Positions 39,880-53,760 of a stretch of DNA of 64,000 nucleotides are shown here, in pieces. This DNA is from Octopus sinensis (Eukaryota). The notes beneath the pieces were generated by a model. That model worked only from the letters and a program-made list of their open reading frames with translations. It ran no database searches and was not told the origin of the DNA. The position numbers and the translations under genes are program-made. Positions within the stretch are counted from its first letter, which is position 1. Every line of letters begins with the position of its first letter. Location of the stretch: assembly GCF_006345805.1 (NCBI RefSeq), contig NC_043000.1, positions 130,448,001 to 130,512,000 on the forward strand, in the 5' to 3' direction.

Positions 39880-40163
39880 ACTTAGGACGATAAAGAATAG
39901 AATTTCGTCTGTCTTTACGTTCTGAGTTCAAATTCCGCTGAGGCCGACTTTGTCATTCATTCTTTCAGGGTTGATTAAATAAGTACCGGTTACGTACTGG
40001 GGTCGATGTAACCGACTTAATTTCTTGCCCCAAACTTAAGGCCTTGTACTTCCTGTAGAAAGATTCATTATAATTATTATTATTATTATTATTATTATCA
40101 TTATTATTATTATTATTATTATTATCATTATTATCATTATTATTATTATTATTATTATTATCA

Positions 40164-40233
<70 letters not shown>

Positions 40234-40400
40234 CGTCACCATATCTTAAGGCGGCGTGCTGGCAGGATCGTTAGCAGAGCGGACACCACGCTTAGCGGCA
40301 TTTTGTCCTTCTTGAGGTCGACTTTGTCTTTCATCCTTTCGGAGGTCGATAAAAAAAGTATCAGCTGCGACTATCCCCATCCCCCAAATTCCAGACCTTA
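39880..40400 (+). mobile_element. Two partial family B SINEs separated by (TAT)n
   Basis: TTACGTTCTGAGTTCAAATTCCGCTGAGG... (39915-40055) and AAGGCGGCGTGCTGGCAGG... (40248-40400). Confidence 0.7.
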
Positions 40401-40449
40401 TGGCATTATCGGAAAGGATTATTATTATCATTTATTGAAGTGGAAGTAG

Positions 40450-40537
40450 CATCAGAAGCAGCAGTAGTACAAGTAATAGTAGTAGTAGTGGTAGCAGCAG
40501 TAGTAGTAGTAGTAGTAGTAGTTAGTAGTAGTAGTAT

Positions 40538-40616
<79 letters not shown>

Positions 40617-40629
40617 CAGCAGTAGCAGC

Positions 40630-40670
<41 letters not shown>

Positions 40671-40946
40671 GATGATGCTTGGAATAACATTGAGAATCAA
40701 ATAAACATTTCATCATTATACCAATAATCATCATCAGCTTCGTCGACATGATGATGATGATGAGGAGGAGGAGGAGGAGGAGGGGAGGATGATGGTGTCG
40801 ATCATTGTCGACAATCCAACCCATAAATATCAATAACTACAGCATCTTGTGTGGAGTGTCGCTACGAGGAGCTATGAATGTAGTGACAGTCACACACAAA
40901 GCCTCAACAGCAATGGTAACAATAACCGAATGAATAGATAAGAACA

Positions 40947-40986
<40 letters not shown>

Positions 40987-41093
40987 GCTTGTGTGTGTGT
41001 GTGTGCGTGTGTGTGTGTTTGTGTTTGTGTTTGTGTGTGTGTGTGCGTATATATGTATATATATACATATATATATGTATGTATGCATATATG

Positions 41094-41139
<46 letters not shown>

Positions 41140-41145
41140 ATATGC

Positions 41146-41234
<89 letters not shown>

Positions 41235-41240
41235 GACTGT
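40450..41240. repeat. Mosaic trinucleotide (AGT/AGC/GAT/GAG) and dinucleotide (TG/TA) microsatellites
   Basis: Direct inspection. Confidence 0.9.
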
Positions 41241-41719
41241 ATGGCTGCATCAGTAAGTAACTAATGCGTTGTTATTGATTAAAGAAATTTAGAAAGAGCT
41301 GACAGTTGGTGAGTCTCTGCAAAAGAACTACAATGCTACAATATAAAATAATGATATTAGTTGAAGACAGTAGGTTATTAGCAATGATAAAAATGCCTGG
41401 AAAAGATAGACGCACACGATCACACACACGCGCAGATGCACACAAGCACACACGCGTAGAAGCACACACTGACACACAAACACGCAGACACCCTCCACAC
41501 ACGGACACACATACATGCACGCACCACGCAAATAAACACACATTCACACGTACAGACGTACACTTAAAGACATGCGAGTATGCGTCTGTGCGTATGATTG
41601 TAAGTATTCCTAGGTATACGAGCCTGAATGCAGACGGATGAATACGTGCGCGCGCACACAGCACACACATATATATACAAAGATGTGTATATAGTTATGG
41701 ATACATCTATGTATCTCTC

Positions 41720-41764
<45 letters not shown>

Positions 41765-41785
41765 GCATACATACATACATACATA

Positions 41786-42190
41786 TGCGCATGAGCGGCT
41801 GTGTGTTAAGTAGCTTGTTTACCAACCACATGGTTCCGGGTTCAGTCCCACTGCATGGCACCTTGGGCAAGTGTCTTCTACTATAGCCTCGGGCCCACCA
41901 AAGCCTTGTGAGTGGATTTCGTAGACGGAAACTGAAAGAAGCCCGTTATATATATGTATATATATATGTGCGTGTGTGTGCTTGTGTGTTTGTGTTTGTC
42001 CCCCTAGCATTGCTTGACAACCGATGCTGGTGTGTTTATGTCCCCGTTACTTAGCGGTTCGGCAAAAAGAGAACGATAGAATAAGTTACTGGGCTTACAA
42101 AAGAATAAGTTCCGGGGTCGAGTTCCTCGATTAAAGGCGGTGCTCCATCATGGCCGCAGTCAAATGACTGAAACAAGTAAAAGAGTAAAA
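41786..42190 (+). mobile_element. Full-length composite family A SINE (tRNA head + TA/TG microsatellite + tail)
   Basis: Head ...GGTTCCGGGTTCAGTCCCACTG...AAGAAGCCCGT, internal TA/TG repeats, tail TTGCTTGACAACCGATGCTGGTGTGTTTATGTCCCCG...AATGACTGAAACAAGTAAAAGAGTAAAA. Confidence 0.85.
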
Positions 42191-42351
42191 AAGACTAAAG
42201 AGTATATATATATATATATATATATATGCATATATGGGTACAGAATGTCACCAAATGTGTAAACAATATGAAGTATGAAAACAAACGACTTAAATATGCA
42301 AACGGTACATAAATACAAAGTATGTGTGTGTGTGTATTCCTATACATATAT

Positions 42352-42675
42352 CCGGGACCCCCTTCGGTCACGACACTGACCATGGGATTGCACCTAGAAA
42401 GTTACCCTCCTAGTCACAAGTCTGGGCATGGTTGTTTATGGAAGACCAGCAGTCGCCCATGCATACCGGGTCCCCTCTCCACGCCACCAGTGTTATCCAA
42501 GGGAAAGGCAAAGGCCGATACAGCTTGGCACTCGTGACGTCGCATTTCTACAGCTGAGTGAACTGGAGCAACGTGAAATAAAGTGTCTTGCTCAAGAACA
42601 CAACACGCAGCCCGGTCCGGGATTCGAGCTCCCAACCTCACGATCGTAAGCTCGACGCTCTCACCACTGAGCCAT
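42352..42675 (-). mobile_element. tRNA-derived SINE, family D (CORE-like central domain)
   Basis: Reverse complement TGGCTCAGTGGTGAGAGCGTCG...CTCGAATCCCGGACCGG, then GTGTTCTTGAGCAAGACACTTTATTTCACGTTGCTCCAG. Confidence 0.75.
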
Positions 42676-43301
42676 ACATATAAATACATACATAAATACA
42701 TATAAATACACTCACAGACGATTGATTGATTGTTTGAAGTGTTGTACAGATTTTATAAAGGAAAAGAAAGCATTCAGGATTTGAATAAAAATCATATACC
42801 CTAAAAGCGCTTTCGCCCCTTTCAAGATTTCATCGTGAATGATTGCACACACACACACACACACTCACACACATAAACATACACACACGCACACATGTGT
42901 GCGTGTGTGTGTGCGTGTGTATATATGCATATATGTCTATATATGAGTGTGTGAGCATGTGTCTGCGTGTATGTGTGTGTATGCGTGTGTGTGTGTCTGA
43001 GTGTCTGTGTTTGTCGTTCACCACCGCTGCACAACTGGTATTGGTATATTTATATCCACGTAGTATAAGGCTTTGACAAAAGCGACGAAATGGAATGAAT
43101 ACCAGGCTTTAAAAACCAAGAACTGGGGTCGATTAGTTATACTAAAAATTTTCAAGGTGTTGCTTAAATATCAATCGAATGACTGAAAGAAGTAAAGGAC
43201 ATACGTGCATAAACACACACACACACACACGCACACGCAGACACGCACTCACACACACGCACACACGCATGCACACATACACACACATATAACATAAATA
43301 A

Positions 43302-43700
43302 TCTTTATATATAAAAGTGAAGTTGTGTGTCTGTCTCCTACGATTTAGATTCCTAACTACTCCCACATTTTGCGGTGCAGTTTAACCAAAAGCGGGTATC
43401 TTATAGTCGTGATTCATAACGAGCCATTCGGGGTAATAGCGTGCGCCTACGATGAGTCTACAATTAAAAAAAAAATTACTATTATTTTTTCCCATTTTTA
43501 TTGCATTTTTTTTGTTGCTATTATATAAGGGAAGTAATTCTCTAAAAATGTATTATTAAATCTCAGAACGTAAAAAGCTACAGTAACATACACCCTTTTG
43601 TGGTTAGCCATATTGAGATGACTATTATACTTTACATCTCTAAAATGCTTATATAGTTATTTCCCTTACAAACCCGAGCAACGCCGGGCGATACTGCTAG
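43302..43700 (+). mobile_element. Non-autonomous Helitron (~400 bp)
   Basis: A|TCTTTATATATAAAA 5' end; subterminal hairpin CCCGAGCAACGCCGGG; CTAG|T 3' end; inserted in an A|T site. Confidence 0.8.
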
Positions 43701-43936
43701 TTATATATAAATATATAATTATTTTAAGGGAGTAAGTCAAAATAAGATTTTTCTCCACCATACTGAATTAATGGCCAAGTATTACGAAGCTACCGAAAAA
43801 GTTCCATAAATACATGCGACTGAAAGCGGGCTAGTGGGGAGATATTTAAAAGGACTCCACATTAATTGCAAATTAGCCAATTTCGAGATTGAAATCTTAA
43901 ATAGATTTTCTTCTATCTTCAGCGCAATATACGAAA

Positions 43937-43978
<42 letters not shown>

Positions 43979-44072
43979 GAATGAGTATTAAAACCGTGTT
44001 TGCACGTCTATACACAAACACTTGCAAGTGTAGATTGGAGGAGATAAGTCTTGATTTTTCCCTTAAAATGAC

Positions 44073-44103
<31 letters not shown>

Positions 44104-44148
44104 TATATATAAAATCATTGATTTAATATAAATTGATATAATTGTATG

Positions 44149-44179
<31 letters not shown>

Positions 44180-44339
44180 GATAGATATATATATATATAA
44201 TATATATATATATAGATAGATAGATAGATAGATAGATATATATATATATAGATAGATAGATAGATAGATGATAGATAGATAGATAGAGAGATAGATATTT
44301 GGACAGACATATAGACATATATGTATGTATATTAGTAAA

Positions 44340-44900
44340 GGGATGTTCTATAAAGAGACCATAGAATGGATCAATTCCTCCAAACGCACACCATAATAAA
44401 GAGCAAAAGACAACCCAAGTCAATGAAAACTCTTCTAACACAGGCCCAGTACATTTGTCAACAGCTTCGATACCAACAGTGAAAAATACGTAAGACCTAA
44501 CTGTGGTATATGTGTCAACCTAATTGAAGGATCGGAATTCTCCTTCAAACAGGGTCAACGCTTTACAGTGAAAAATAAATTCACATGTACTTCGGAAAAC
44601 CTACTATATGTATTACCTTGATCAGAGAGTCGAGAACAATATATTGGTCAATCTAGAAACAGTCTACGCAAGAGGATGACTACGCAAGAGGATGACTGTA
44701 CGTAGATCCCAGATTAAAATACGAGAATACAAAAAATAGGATTAAGGGAGCGCATCAATATTTGCGCCACTAACGAACAACCGAACTTTTGAATTTCTCC
44801 CCTCTATAAATTCATGGAGAATGCAACTTACAAGCAGCGCATTAGCAAAGAAGCATATATTATCGCCAAATATAAGCCTATTTTGAATGCCGCCTTCACC
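44340..44900 (+). mobile_element. Decayed Neptune-like PLE GIY-YIG fragment (relative of 15236-15760)
   Basis: RPNCGICVNLIEGSEFSFKQGQRFTVKNKFTCTSENLLYVL (from 44493) aligns with RPNCGTCPFLPEGSEFIFKQGTKFKIKTNFSCSSENLIYVL. It continues as QYIGQSRNSLRKRM, then decays. Confidence 0.85.
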
Positions 44901-45289
44901 ACAAATGAAATTACTGCAAGAATTTAGAACAATTCAACCACTACTATATATATATGTGTGTGTATGTGTGGGGGTGTATACACAAACATACATTTATGTA
45001 TGTATATGTATGTATATGTATAAACATACATACATGCATCCTTCCATCCAGCCATACATACATACATAATGACTGCTCCCTCGTTATCGAGTATGGCCAT
45101 TGCACGAAGCTTAACTGTTATTGGTGCTGAGATTGAATGTGACTTTTATTTGCTTTTCAAGGTTACAGCCAGCTATTCAGTTGAGACTCACAGCACTATC
45201 AACAATTATGAACAATGTTGCTATCGTGCAATGCCTGAGCAAGAGAATTTTTTTAAAGTGAGGAAAGTGAATCCCACTCACTAACCAAC

Positions 45290-45712
45290 AGCAGCCATAA
45301 TCTGAAAAGAAGAACAAGTCAACCTCATCGGTAACCACTGAGCTGCAGGTTTTATGTCGGAGTTATCCCAGTTACCCGAGTTACCTTCTCCTAGAAGGAT
45401 GCCCTAAGAAAGGCTAGGAGTCCTTCACTCCCAATGGTTTAACCGCGCGATCGGGTATTCATTATTTCTATGCCCCCGCTCATGATACAGCCTTAAGCCT
45501 TAAAAAAGAATACACATTTATTAAATGGCCGTTGACTCTCAAGAGTTCCTCCGCCCTTTGACGGGTTTTGTTTTTCATCCCGCATGGTGTCCAATAAACA
45601 CCCTCCTCACCAAGCAAGCTTGGTGGGGTTGCCGATTTAGACGCCGACGGCCCGATCATGCAACAGGTTGTACTGGGTTACATGTTACCAGTAGCACTCG
45701 AAAGTGACCTGA
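45290..45712 (-). mobile_element. Probable 5' UTR region of an RTE-like LINE
   Basis: Minus strand GGGCATCCTTCTAGGAGAAGGTAACTC resembles a motif I recall from RTE 5' UTRs; GC-rich and hairpin-rich; adjacent to (TACA)n. Confidence 0.4.
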
Positions 45713-46282
45713 CATACATAAATGCACACATACATACATACATACATACTACATACATACATACATAATACATACATACATACATACATACATACGTGCA
45801 GTCAAAGTCCTTACGAGCCATAGGCTCATGAATCCAACATTTCGGATTCTGTGGTGTACCTTTTCCCCACCCTGACGGGGCAACCAGCCTTCGTAAGAAT
45901 ACACATTTTTGCAAACTGAGTAGACTAAGCAACGTACCGCTCGTTTCAGGAATAGAATCATTAGTATGATGATTATGAGTGTAACACTCTAACGGTTGAC
46001 CCACACACCTCCACCAAAATGTTTGACCTGGGTCAGAGCTTATACGTACGCTTAAGTGCATATGCATTTATGTTGGTTTGTATAAAACTCAGATGAAAGC
46101 ATTTCGTAGCAAGCGTACATAGGTATAAACACATTTACATTTATAGGCGTGCAAACGTACATACGTGGATGTGTCATGTGTGAATGTATACATATATATA
46201 TATATATATATACATGCATATGTATATATGTATATTTCGGTTTTTCTTATATATCTATCTAAGTAGAGAGATAGATAGACAG

Positions 46283-46333
<51 letters not shown>

Positions 46334-46368
46334 ATATAAGTGTGTGTGCGTGTGTGTGTATGTATATT

Positions 46369-46456
<88 letters not shown>

Positions 46457-47207
46457 TACAGACAGACAGAAAGACAGACAGGCATATTAGTATGCCAGAT
46501 GGTTTAGGTTAAAGAACATTTTTCGATTGCTCTGTATCTTAATTTGCAGATATATTTAGACAGGGAAGTAGGCGTAATTCTTTCTCTGGATGTGTAGGAA
46601 TGTACGTGCTGCATATATCTAATCGCAATTCCATTATCCTTAAGTCTCGTGTAACCTCTTCCTGTATGGTCAGCATGATTTATAGTTACTCTGTACGCCA
46701 TACACCATATGTTGTATATTTATCATATTTTCGCTTCCTTTGTATTTCACAAATTCATGGCAGCAAATTTCTGTGGCGATGCCTCAGCTGTGTTTTGAAC
46801 CATGACTCTCCGAATTCTCCTTGTCAGCACTCCGACAATTTATACCATCATATTAGGGTTTAATTACTACGCGACCGTGGCTCGACCGATCAGTATTGGC
46901 TGGCTTGTTATGGTTGATGCATTGAATTCACAACAGGTGTGCGAGTTTTTCCGCAAAATAGACTGATCATTATGGAAAAACTGACGGATCCAACCTAACA
47001 ACAGAGCAACCAGATATCCAAGCAGAACTGCATAGTTTTGCTCAGTGAAGTGGTCTCTCACCCTCTTCCACATTTTCTTACGTAACATGCTTAGATCGTA
47101 TCTGTCAAAATGTACCAACTTTGATTTGTAGTGTCTAATTACTTATATATTGCTTAGATGCAGCAGTTTTAACTCTACTTATTTCGTTTTCAGTACTATT
47201 ATACAGC

Positions 47208-48304
47208 GCAAAGGGTTTTCATTAAAGATTTCCCCTGACCCATTTCTCAAGGACTTGGATAAACGAAACTAAGCTTAATTATTAGTCCTTCGCTATTTAG
47301 CCACCAGCAATGGTAACACATTGCGTCTGGAGCCATGACTTTATGGTTGGAAAGAAGCGAAAGTCAGAAGTGCGAGGTCGAGAGAGTAAGGAGGATGAGG
47401 AAGGGTGCTTTCATCTGGACAACATGCGCATTGTGAACTGGAGCTTTGTGTTGGAGAAGGCGAGCTCCTTTGGTCAGCGTGGCACGCCCCTCTGCTTTGA
47501 TGGCGTCTGCAGCAGAGAAACATATGTCCCGTTAATTGTGGTGTCCTTTGCCAGAAAATCCATCATTACTACTCCGTGCTGGTCCCAAAATACTGTGAGC
47601 ATCACCTTGCCTGCTGAGAGTTGGTTGGACACGAGCCTTCCTTAGTCACAAAATCATAGTGATGGATCCATGTTTCATTCTGTGTCATAAATCTGCCAAA
47701 AGTCCTCCCCGTTTTTTTTTTTTCGGCGCATTGCCAAAAGAACCTGAGAGCAATTGACTCGTTCCTGCCTCTGAAAAGGTGTGAGAATCCGGGGAATCCA
47801 TCGGGTAGACAAGTTCCTCATGTGCAAATAGTAGTGAAAGATTTGTTTCACAGACTCTACACTTATCTTCACTTCTTGAGCTGTTTGCCGAATAGTTATG
47901 CGGTTGTCCTCCAAAATGGCGGCTTCTACTTTATGGATGGTGTCGGCATAAATGGCGGAATGTGTTCGTCTAAGAGCCGTTTCCACCATTGTCCGACCAT
48001 ATTTGAACTGGTGATGCCAGTGCTTATCTACGTCATATGATGGTGCGGCGTCACCATAAACTTCTTTCATCTCATTGAATGTCATTTTTGGAGTATAAGA
48101 ACCTGTTTACTGATCTGCGTTCAACCACCTCCATTATAATTCCTTAGTCCACTTCAGCAGCTGTAAAAGACAAACAAATGCTAGTGGAAAGCTGCAATTT
48201 ACAATGCGATATGTAGAGACATGTATAATTATAGCTGTACAGGTTTCCTTTCCTGCAATAAAAGGAGGTGGGCTAGAGGAAATCTTTAATAAGCAGCGTT
48301 TGTA
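47208..48304 (-). mobile_element. Mariner transposon relic with degenerate TIRs
   Basis: Transposase peptides VYGDAAPSY, EDNRITIRQ, RWIPRILT (WVPR-like), DTETWIHHYD and HPPYSLDLA (YSPDL-like). TIR cores ATTAAAGATTTCC (47221-47233) and GGAAATCTTTAAT (48278-48290). Confidence 0.85.
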
Positions 48305-49351
48305 TGTTGTATTACAAAAGTTACCTAACAGTTATATTCCTTGTCTTTTAAATTTTGTTCGTAAATTAAGCAAAAGTCGAATGGAAAACTGTCCAGTGAA
48401 TGTTAACATTGCAGACACAGCTACCTTGTGAATAAGACAAAAATTTGTACTTTATGTCTGTCTGAAAAACACTACAACAGAAATGATCTCACAGATACTT
48501 GAGTAATTTTAAAGTTATCATTATCATTATTTTTATTTACCGTCGTGTACTGAAAATGGTATTATCATTATTAATAATCCAGCAAGGGTAGTGTAACATA
48601 CACTACAATTTATTTGTATTTAGCCGTTGTCTTAACAATCGTTTTCCCTACCGCATATACCAAACACACAGAGGTAACTCCTAATGACAAATGAGGTAGC
48701 CAGAACCCACTGAAGACCTCGTCTGACCGCTATCACCAATGAATATCATGTTTTGTAACTCTTTACCAATTTCTCCATATCATCCTTTCAAGTATAAAAA
48801 TTGACTGTCCTTTTTTACACAACTGCACGATTCATGTTCGATGCCGTTGCATTTCATCTTGGAGCTATTGCGCCTTATGAGGGAATTGGGGTAGAAAAAA
48901 CACTGTGGAAGCTGATCAGAGAGGTTGTTATAATGTGAGATATTATTCTTCCCACACCCATTTTAACACCATCAACTGCATCTTTAGCTACTTTAAGTGA
49001 ATTCCATTCTTTTGAAGATCTCCTTTCTTTTACCAGACTGAAACCAAAACGAAGTCATAAGCGCTGTCATTCTTCTTTGGAATAAGCAGGGAATATATAT
49101 ATCACTACGTTTTCAATCTATAAAATAGATTACACAACTTAGTTGGAATGCTTTTTTATCGATCCAGAGAAAATGAAAGATAAAGCAGACGTCTAAGGAA
49201 TTTTGAACTTAGAAAGTAAAATTTCATAGCAAAATATACCGAGATAATTTGTCTGGTGCCTTACCTATTCTGATAACCCACTGCCTTTTATTATCAACAC
49301 CGAAGCAACGAGTAACAGCAGTAGCTGTATTGTTGTTGCTGTTATTATAAT

Positions 49352-49444
<93 letters not shown>

Positions 49445-49888
49445 CGTAGTAGTAGTAGTAGTGTAGTAGTAGTAGTAGTAGGAGGAGGAGGAGGAGGAGA
49501 GGAGGAAGAGGAGGAGGAGGAGGAGTATCTTTTTGCCGTAGTGTGGTTATGAAAGATGAGGTTGGAATCAGACATATATATGTTATCTAACCTTTAAATA
49601 TTTATTGAGAACAATTATAGCCGAGATATAATTCTGCCCTAACTTGTCTAAGCATAAAATATTCGCTGGAAACAGTTATGATGGAGGAGGTAATAATTCA
49701 GCGATTGTGTATGCAGGAACCAGGCGAAGACAATAAAGATTATTATGCAGAAATACAATTAGGTGTAAATGTGGGTATTTATAGTGAAACTATATCCAAT
49801 CACTAGTCTAAGACCTGTCCAAGGTTTTCAATACCATATACATAAAAAGTTCACAGTTAGGTTAATTTCAGTCGTTTATTTTGTTGTC

Positions 49889-50160
49889 TGGAGGCGCAAT
49901 GGCCCAGTGCTTAGGGCAGCGGACTCGCGGCCGGAGGATCGCGGTTTCGATTCCCAGACCGGGCGTTGTGTGTGTTTATTGAGCGAAAGGGGTTGTGGCG
50001 ACCCCTGTTGTACTCTTTCGCCACAACTTTCTCTCACTCTCTCTTCCTGTTTCTTGAGTAACGCTGCGATGGACTGGCGTCCCGACCAGCTGGGGGGAAC
50101 ACAAACGCCACAGTAACTGGGAAACCGGGCCCATGAGCATGGCTAGGCTTGAAAAGGGCG
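49889..50160 (+). mobile_element. tRNA-derived SINE, family C
   Basis: TGGAGGCGCAATGGCCCAGTG (A box)...GGTTTCGATTCCCAGACC (B box)...GCGATGGACTGGCGTCCCGACCAG. Confidence 0.8.
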
Positions 50161-51039
50161 AAAAATATATTATTGTCTATATTGGTGAAAGAAGAAAAGA
50201 AAAACATCCATAAAGCACGCCAACACTAATTGAGAAATACCAGCAGTCAGAAAATGGGGATGTATGAAGGAGATAGTTTCTTTTGCCTCAGACGAATGGT
50301 CACTCCCAAAATGACATAATTTATCCTGTATTATACAAAAGTTATCTAAATTCACGATTTTCACTGTGCCACTTGTGATTAGTATCTGATCCAGATTAAT
50401 GTCAAACGTCGAAATAGAAGGTATTTAAAGCAAAAGTACACCGTGATTAGAGAGATAAGGGAAAACAGGGAATGATGAAATGTTGTATAATTGTGAAATA
50501 GCGTTCAGCTTTGACCTTTTCTTTCTTACAGATTTAAAGAGCATTTGTTAGGATATCGTCTTCGGTCATCAATGGTATTAACAATTTTTACGCTTATAAG
50601 ACACAACAAGTAACTTGAGGGTTTTTAATAACAACAGCAAGGTAATTCGTGACTTTTATAGACAAAAGAAATAGTTACATATGAAGTAGCAATGCCGATT
50701 CATAATGCGGTTCGGCTATAACTTGTCTTTGGAATATGATATTCGCAATAAAATAAGCATAAGTTTAAAAGTTTGGTTCGCTGCCTTCGAAGTTAAGAAG
50801 GAAAATGAGTCAAATCAATAATATCAAGAAGAAATTAGGAATTGTAGTGCAACGTAAAAATACGTATATAAATGTTAAGTAAACATACACATATACACAC
50901 CTGTACAACCACACATATGTATTTATATGTATATAAATGAATGTAAGTATTATGTATGTACTATGTAAGTATACATATATATATGTAAGTATACATATAT
51001 ATATATGTAAGTATACATATATATATATGTACGTATATA

Positions 51040-51057
51040 TGCCCTTTTAATTGTATT

Positions 51058-51136
<79 letters not shown>

Positions 51137-51154
51137 AATACAATTAAAAGGGCA
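51040..51154. repeat. Perfect 21-bp inverted repeat enclosing (TA)n
   Basis: TGCCCTTTTAATTGTATTTAC (51040-51060) and GTAAATACAATTAAAAGGGCA (51134-51154). Confidence 0.9.
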
Positions 51155-51369
51155 GGCAACAGATTGCTCCGCCGCATAGCGAAGGAATTAGAGATGGCAG
51201 TCAAAGACTGTTTATTTCCATTTTCTACAAGTGGAGGTTCCATATACGACAAACCCTGCGATTCACACACGCAAAATCGGAGTAGTAAATAAACGGAAAC
51301 AATCTCTTACCGTTAATGATGAACATGTCTCTAGATCGTAGGCTAGAAATTGCCTAATTTCTTTCAACA

Positions 51370-51406
<37 letters not shown>

Positions 51407-52899
51407 GTTAATCCAAACATGAAAACACAAAAAACACAACAACGCGAGGACGTGGAACAATTATAGTGTTATTGGACGCTCAGGAAAGGAAAGAAAGAAG
51501 GAGGATTTAACGTTATATATATGTATATATATGCAAGTATACACACTGACGCAGGCGCATACACACACACACACCATACACATTGGTTATAATGGTGTCA
51601 GCTATAAAAACAAAAGTAAGTTGTGAAAATGTAAGTTCATTATGAGTGAATAAAATATTAAGTTATCACTTGATTTAAATAAGGTTGAGTATAACGAATT
51701 AAGATAACATGAAACTAAATTAAGTAAAATAAATGGATACATTATATGAAGTAAATATATTAATTTTATTTAACAAATGTTTAATATGTAATATATTAAT
51801 TATAAAGCTAGGGGATAAGTGGAAATATAGGTGGTCGCTATAAGAATTAAGTGCTACATAACGAGTGAAGAGAGAAGAATAATATAAAATAAAATAAAAG
51901 AAGGTAAATGTGTTAATTTAATTAAATAAGCTTTTTTGGGTATCACAACTATGTTTAAGGGAGAGTAATGTGTAAGAAAATTAATTATGCAGAGAGATTT
52001 GTCTTAATGCATCTAGATTTCTCTTGAAATTGAAAGGTCTTAAAATATTTAGGAACACAATAGGAGAACGCTTTATGTTGTTTGTTTGATAATTGTGTTA
52101 GGTTATGAGATATTAGTGTAACGAAACAGTTTAACCCTGGTATAGAGGACCCGAATCGATAATGAATCATGTTATATCGAATGATTTATTGTTTTCTGTA
52201 AGGTTGTGCATGAGGTCGACTCGAGAAGTAGCGTTACTGCCTTTCATATTTGAAAGACCTCAAATGAGCTGAGTATCGTTTCTTAAAATTTACAGTTGCT
52301 TTAATGTAAACCAAACCCTGGTTGAGTATTGCTGGTTATCTAGGACCGAGCACTTATATATTACGTTAAATCTTCAGCAGTTGCTTTGTAATGATACCTA
52401 TTAAGGACTTTGAGATCGCAACTGGAGTTATTTCTATTTGATAGATTATTATTGGTGATGATAAAAATCTATAATGGATTTAGTTTGGTCCGTATGATTC
52501 CTCTTCGCTGTAAAGTACAGGAATGTTACGCATGTATACATAAATCAGAAATTTTATTTCAAAAATCAATGAATTGGATATATAAAATAATAGCTTCTCA
52601 AGAATCGCCATACATCAAGTATTTTATATAGTCACGGTGCCAATGCATGCCTTAACCACAGACCATTCTCCTTTTCAGGAAGTTTACTTCTGCCTGATAT
52701 ATTTACTAGCAACATTGTAAAATCTCCTTTAATTGCATATTTCTTTCTATAAAAATGATAGACGACGTGTATTGGAAACCGTTACTTTTTTTCTGTCTAT
52801 CTAATCGGTGCGGAAATGATGGTGCTCATCTCTAGTTGCAACATCTATAGAGATCAGTGTGTGTAGGAAACTGGGTGTGGTGAAAACCTATTCTTTTGC

Positions 52900-53470
52900 T
52901 GATAATACTCAAACTAATTGTAAGGGTTTTTGTACGAGAAGTAAAAACTAAAATTATTCTCAACTCTTTCTTTGGTTCCCACCTCTTTCATCCTGGTCAA
53001 AGAGTCAACAAAGAAAATCTCCACTGGTATTCCATCGACCCCATAGAGGATTGGAGAGCAACATTTTCTCTAGAATGAGTTTTCTACAATGTCAATTAAA
53101 AGCCAATTTCTCCGTACACTTGTACTACATCATAGGATCGCATTTGTGCTATCCTCAGCCATTAAACAAATACAATTTCATTGTTTTGGACTTCAAAGAG
53201 CAAAGGGTCACAAGACAAGTTCTGATATTATGCTAGTCTGCAAAGAAAGCAATGAATGCTTCATAGCTGATTCTAATACAATTTGAAACCATAAATTTCC
53301 CATTATATTTTAATGAGTGCTCATAACTTAGCTTAGCGATATCAGGAATATAACGGACAATTGTAATATTAGACGATACAGTATCATGCCCTAACCTTAA
53401 ATTCGAAACTTTATCGAAAAATTCTACAAATAAAATAAATTCCATTCAAAATTCTGCAATACCTGGAACT
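52900..53470 (-). mobile_element. Possible very decayed non-LTR RT (L1/Tx1-like) relic
   Basis: Minus-strand LFVEFFDKV and KYNGKFMVSNCIR weakly echo LDFEKAFDKV and INGxxSxxFxIxRG. Confidence 0.3.
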
Positions 53471-53627
53471 ACGAGTTTCTACAGAAAAATAGTTCATCTA
53501 AAATCGTTACAGCTCATTGAAGGAAAACATAGATTTAACATATTCTCGTTGTCAAGGTATACAATGTATATATTTATAGTGATAATCAATAAAAAATAAT
53601 GTTGAAAATAATTTTATTAATAATTGC

Positions 53628-53661
<34 letters not shown>

Positions 53662-53718
53662 AATAATAAAACAAATATTTCTTTCGCATTAAAATATTAA
53701 GGAAATCTAATAATTATA

Positions 53719-53760
<42 letters not shown>

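Noticed and set aside
45525-45712. HDV-like ribozyme in the putative RTE 5' UTR
   Set aside because: It is hairpin-rich, but I could not build P1/P2/P3/P1.1 with a correct L3 and catalytic C on either strand. A covariance-model search would settle it.
49889-49960. tRNA genes (here and at 1-162, 39320-39430, 41786-41860, 42600-42675)
   Set aside because: They have A/B boxes but run into SINE bodies, occur in multiple diverged copies and do not form complete cloverleaves.
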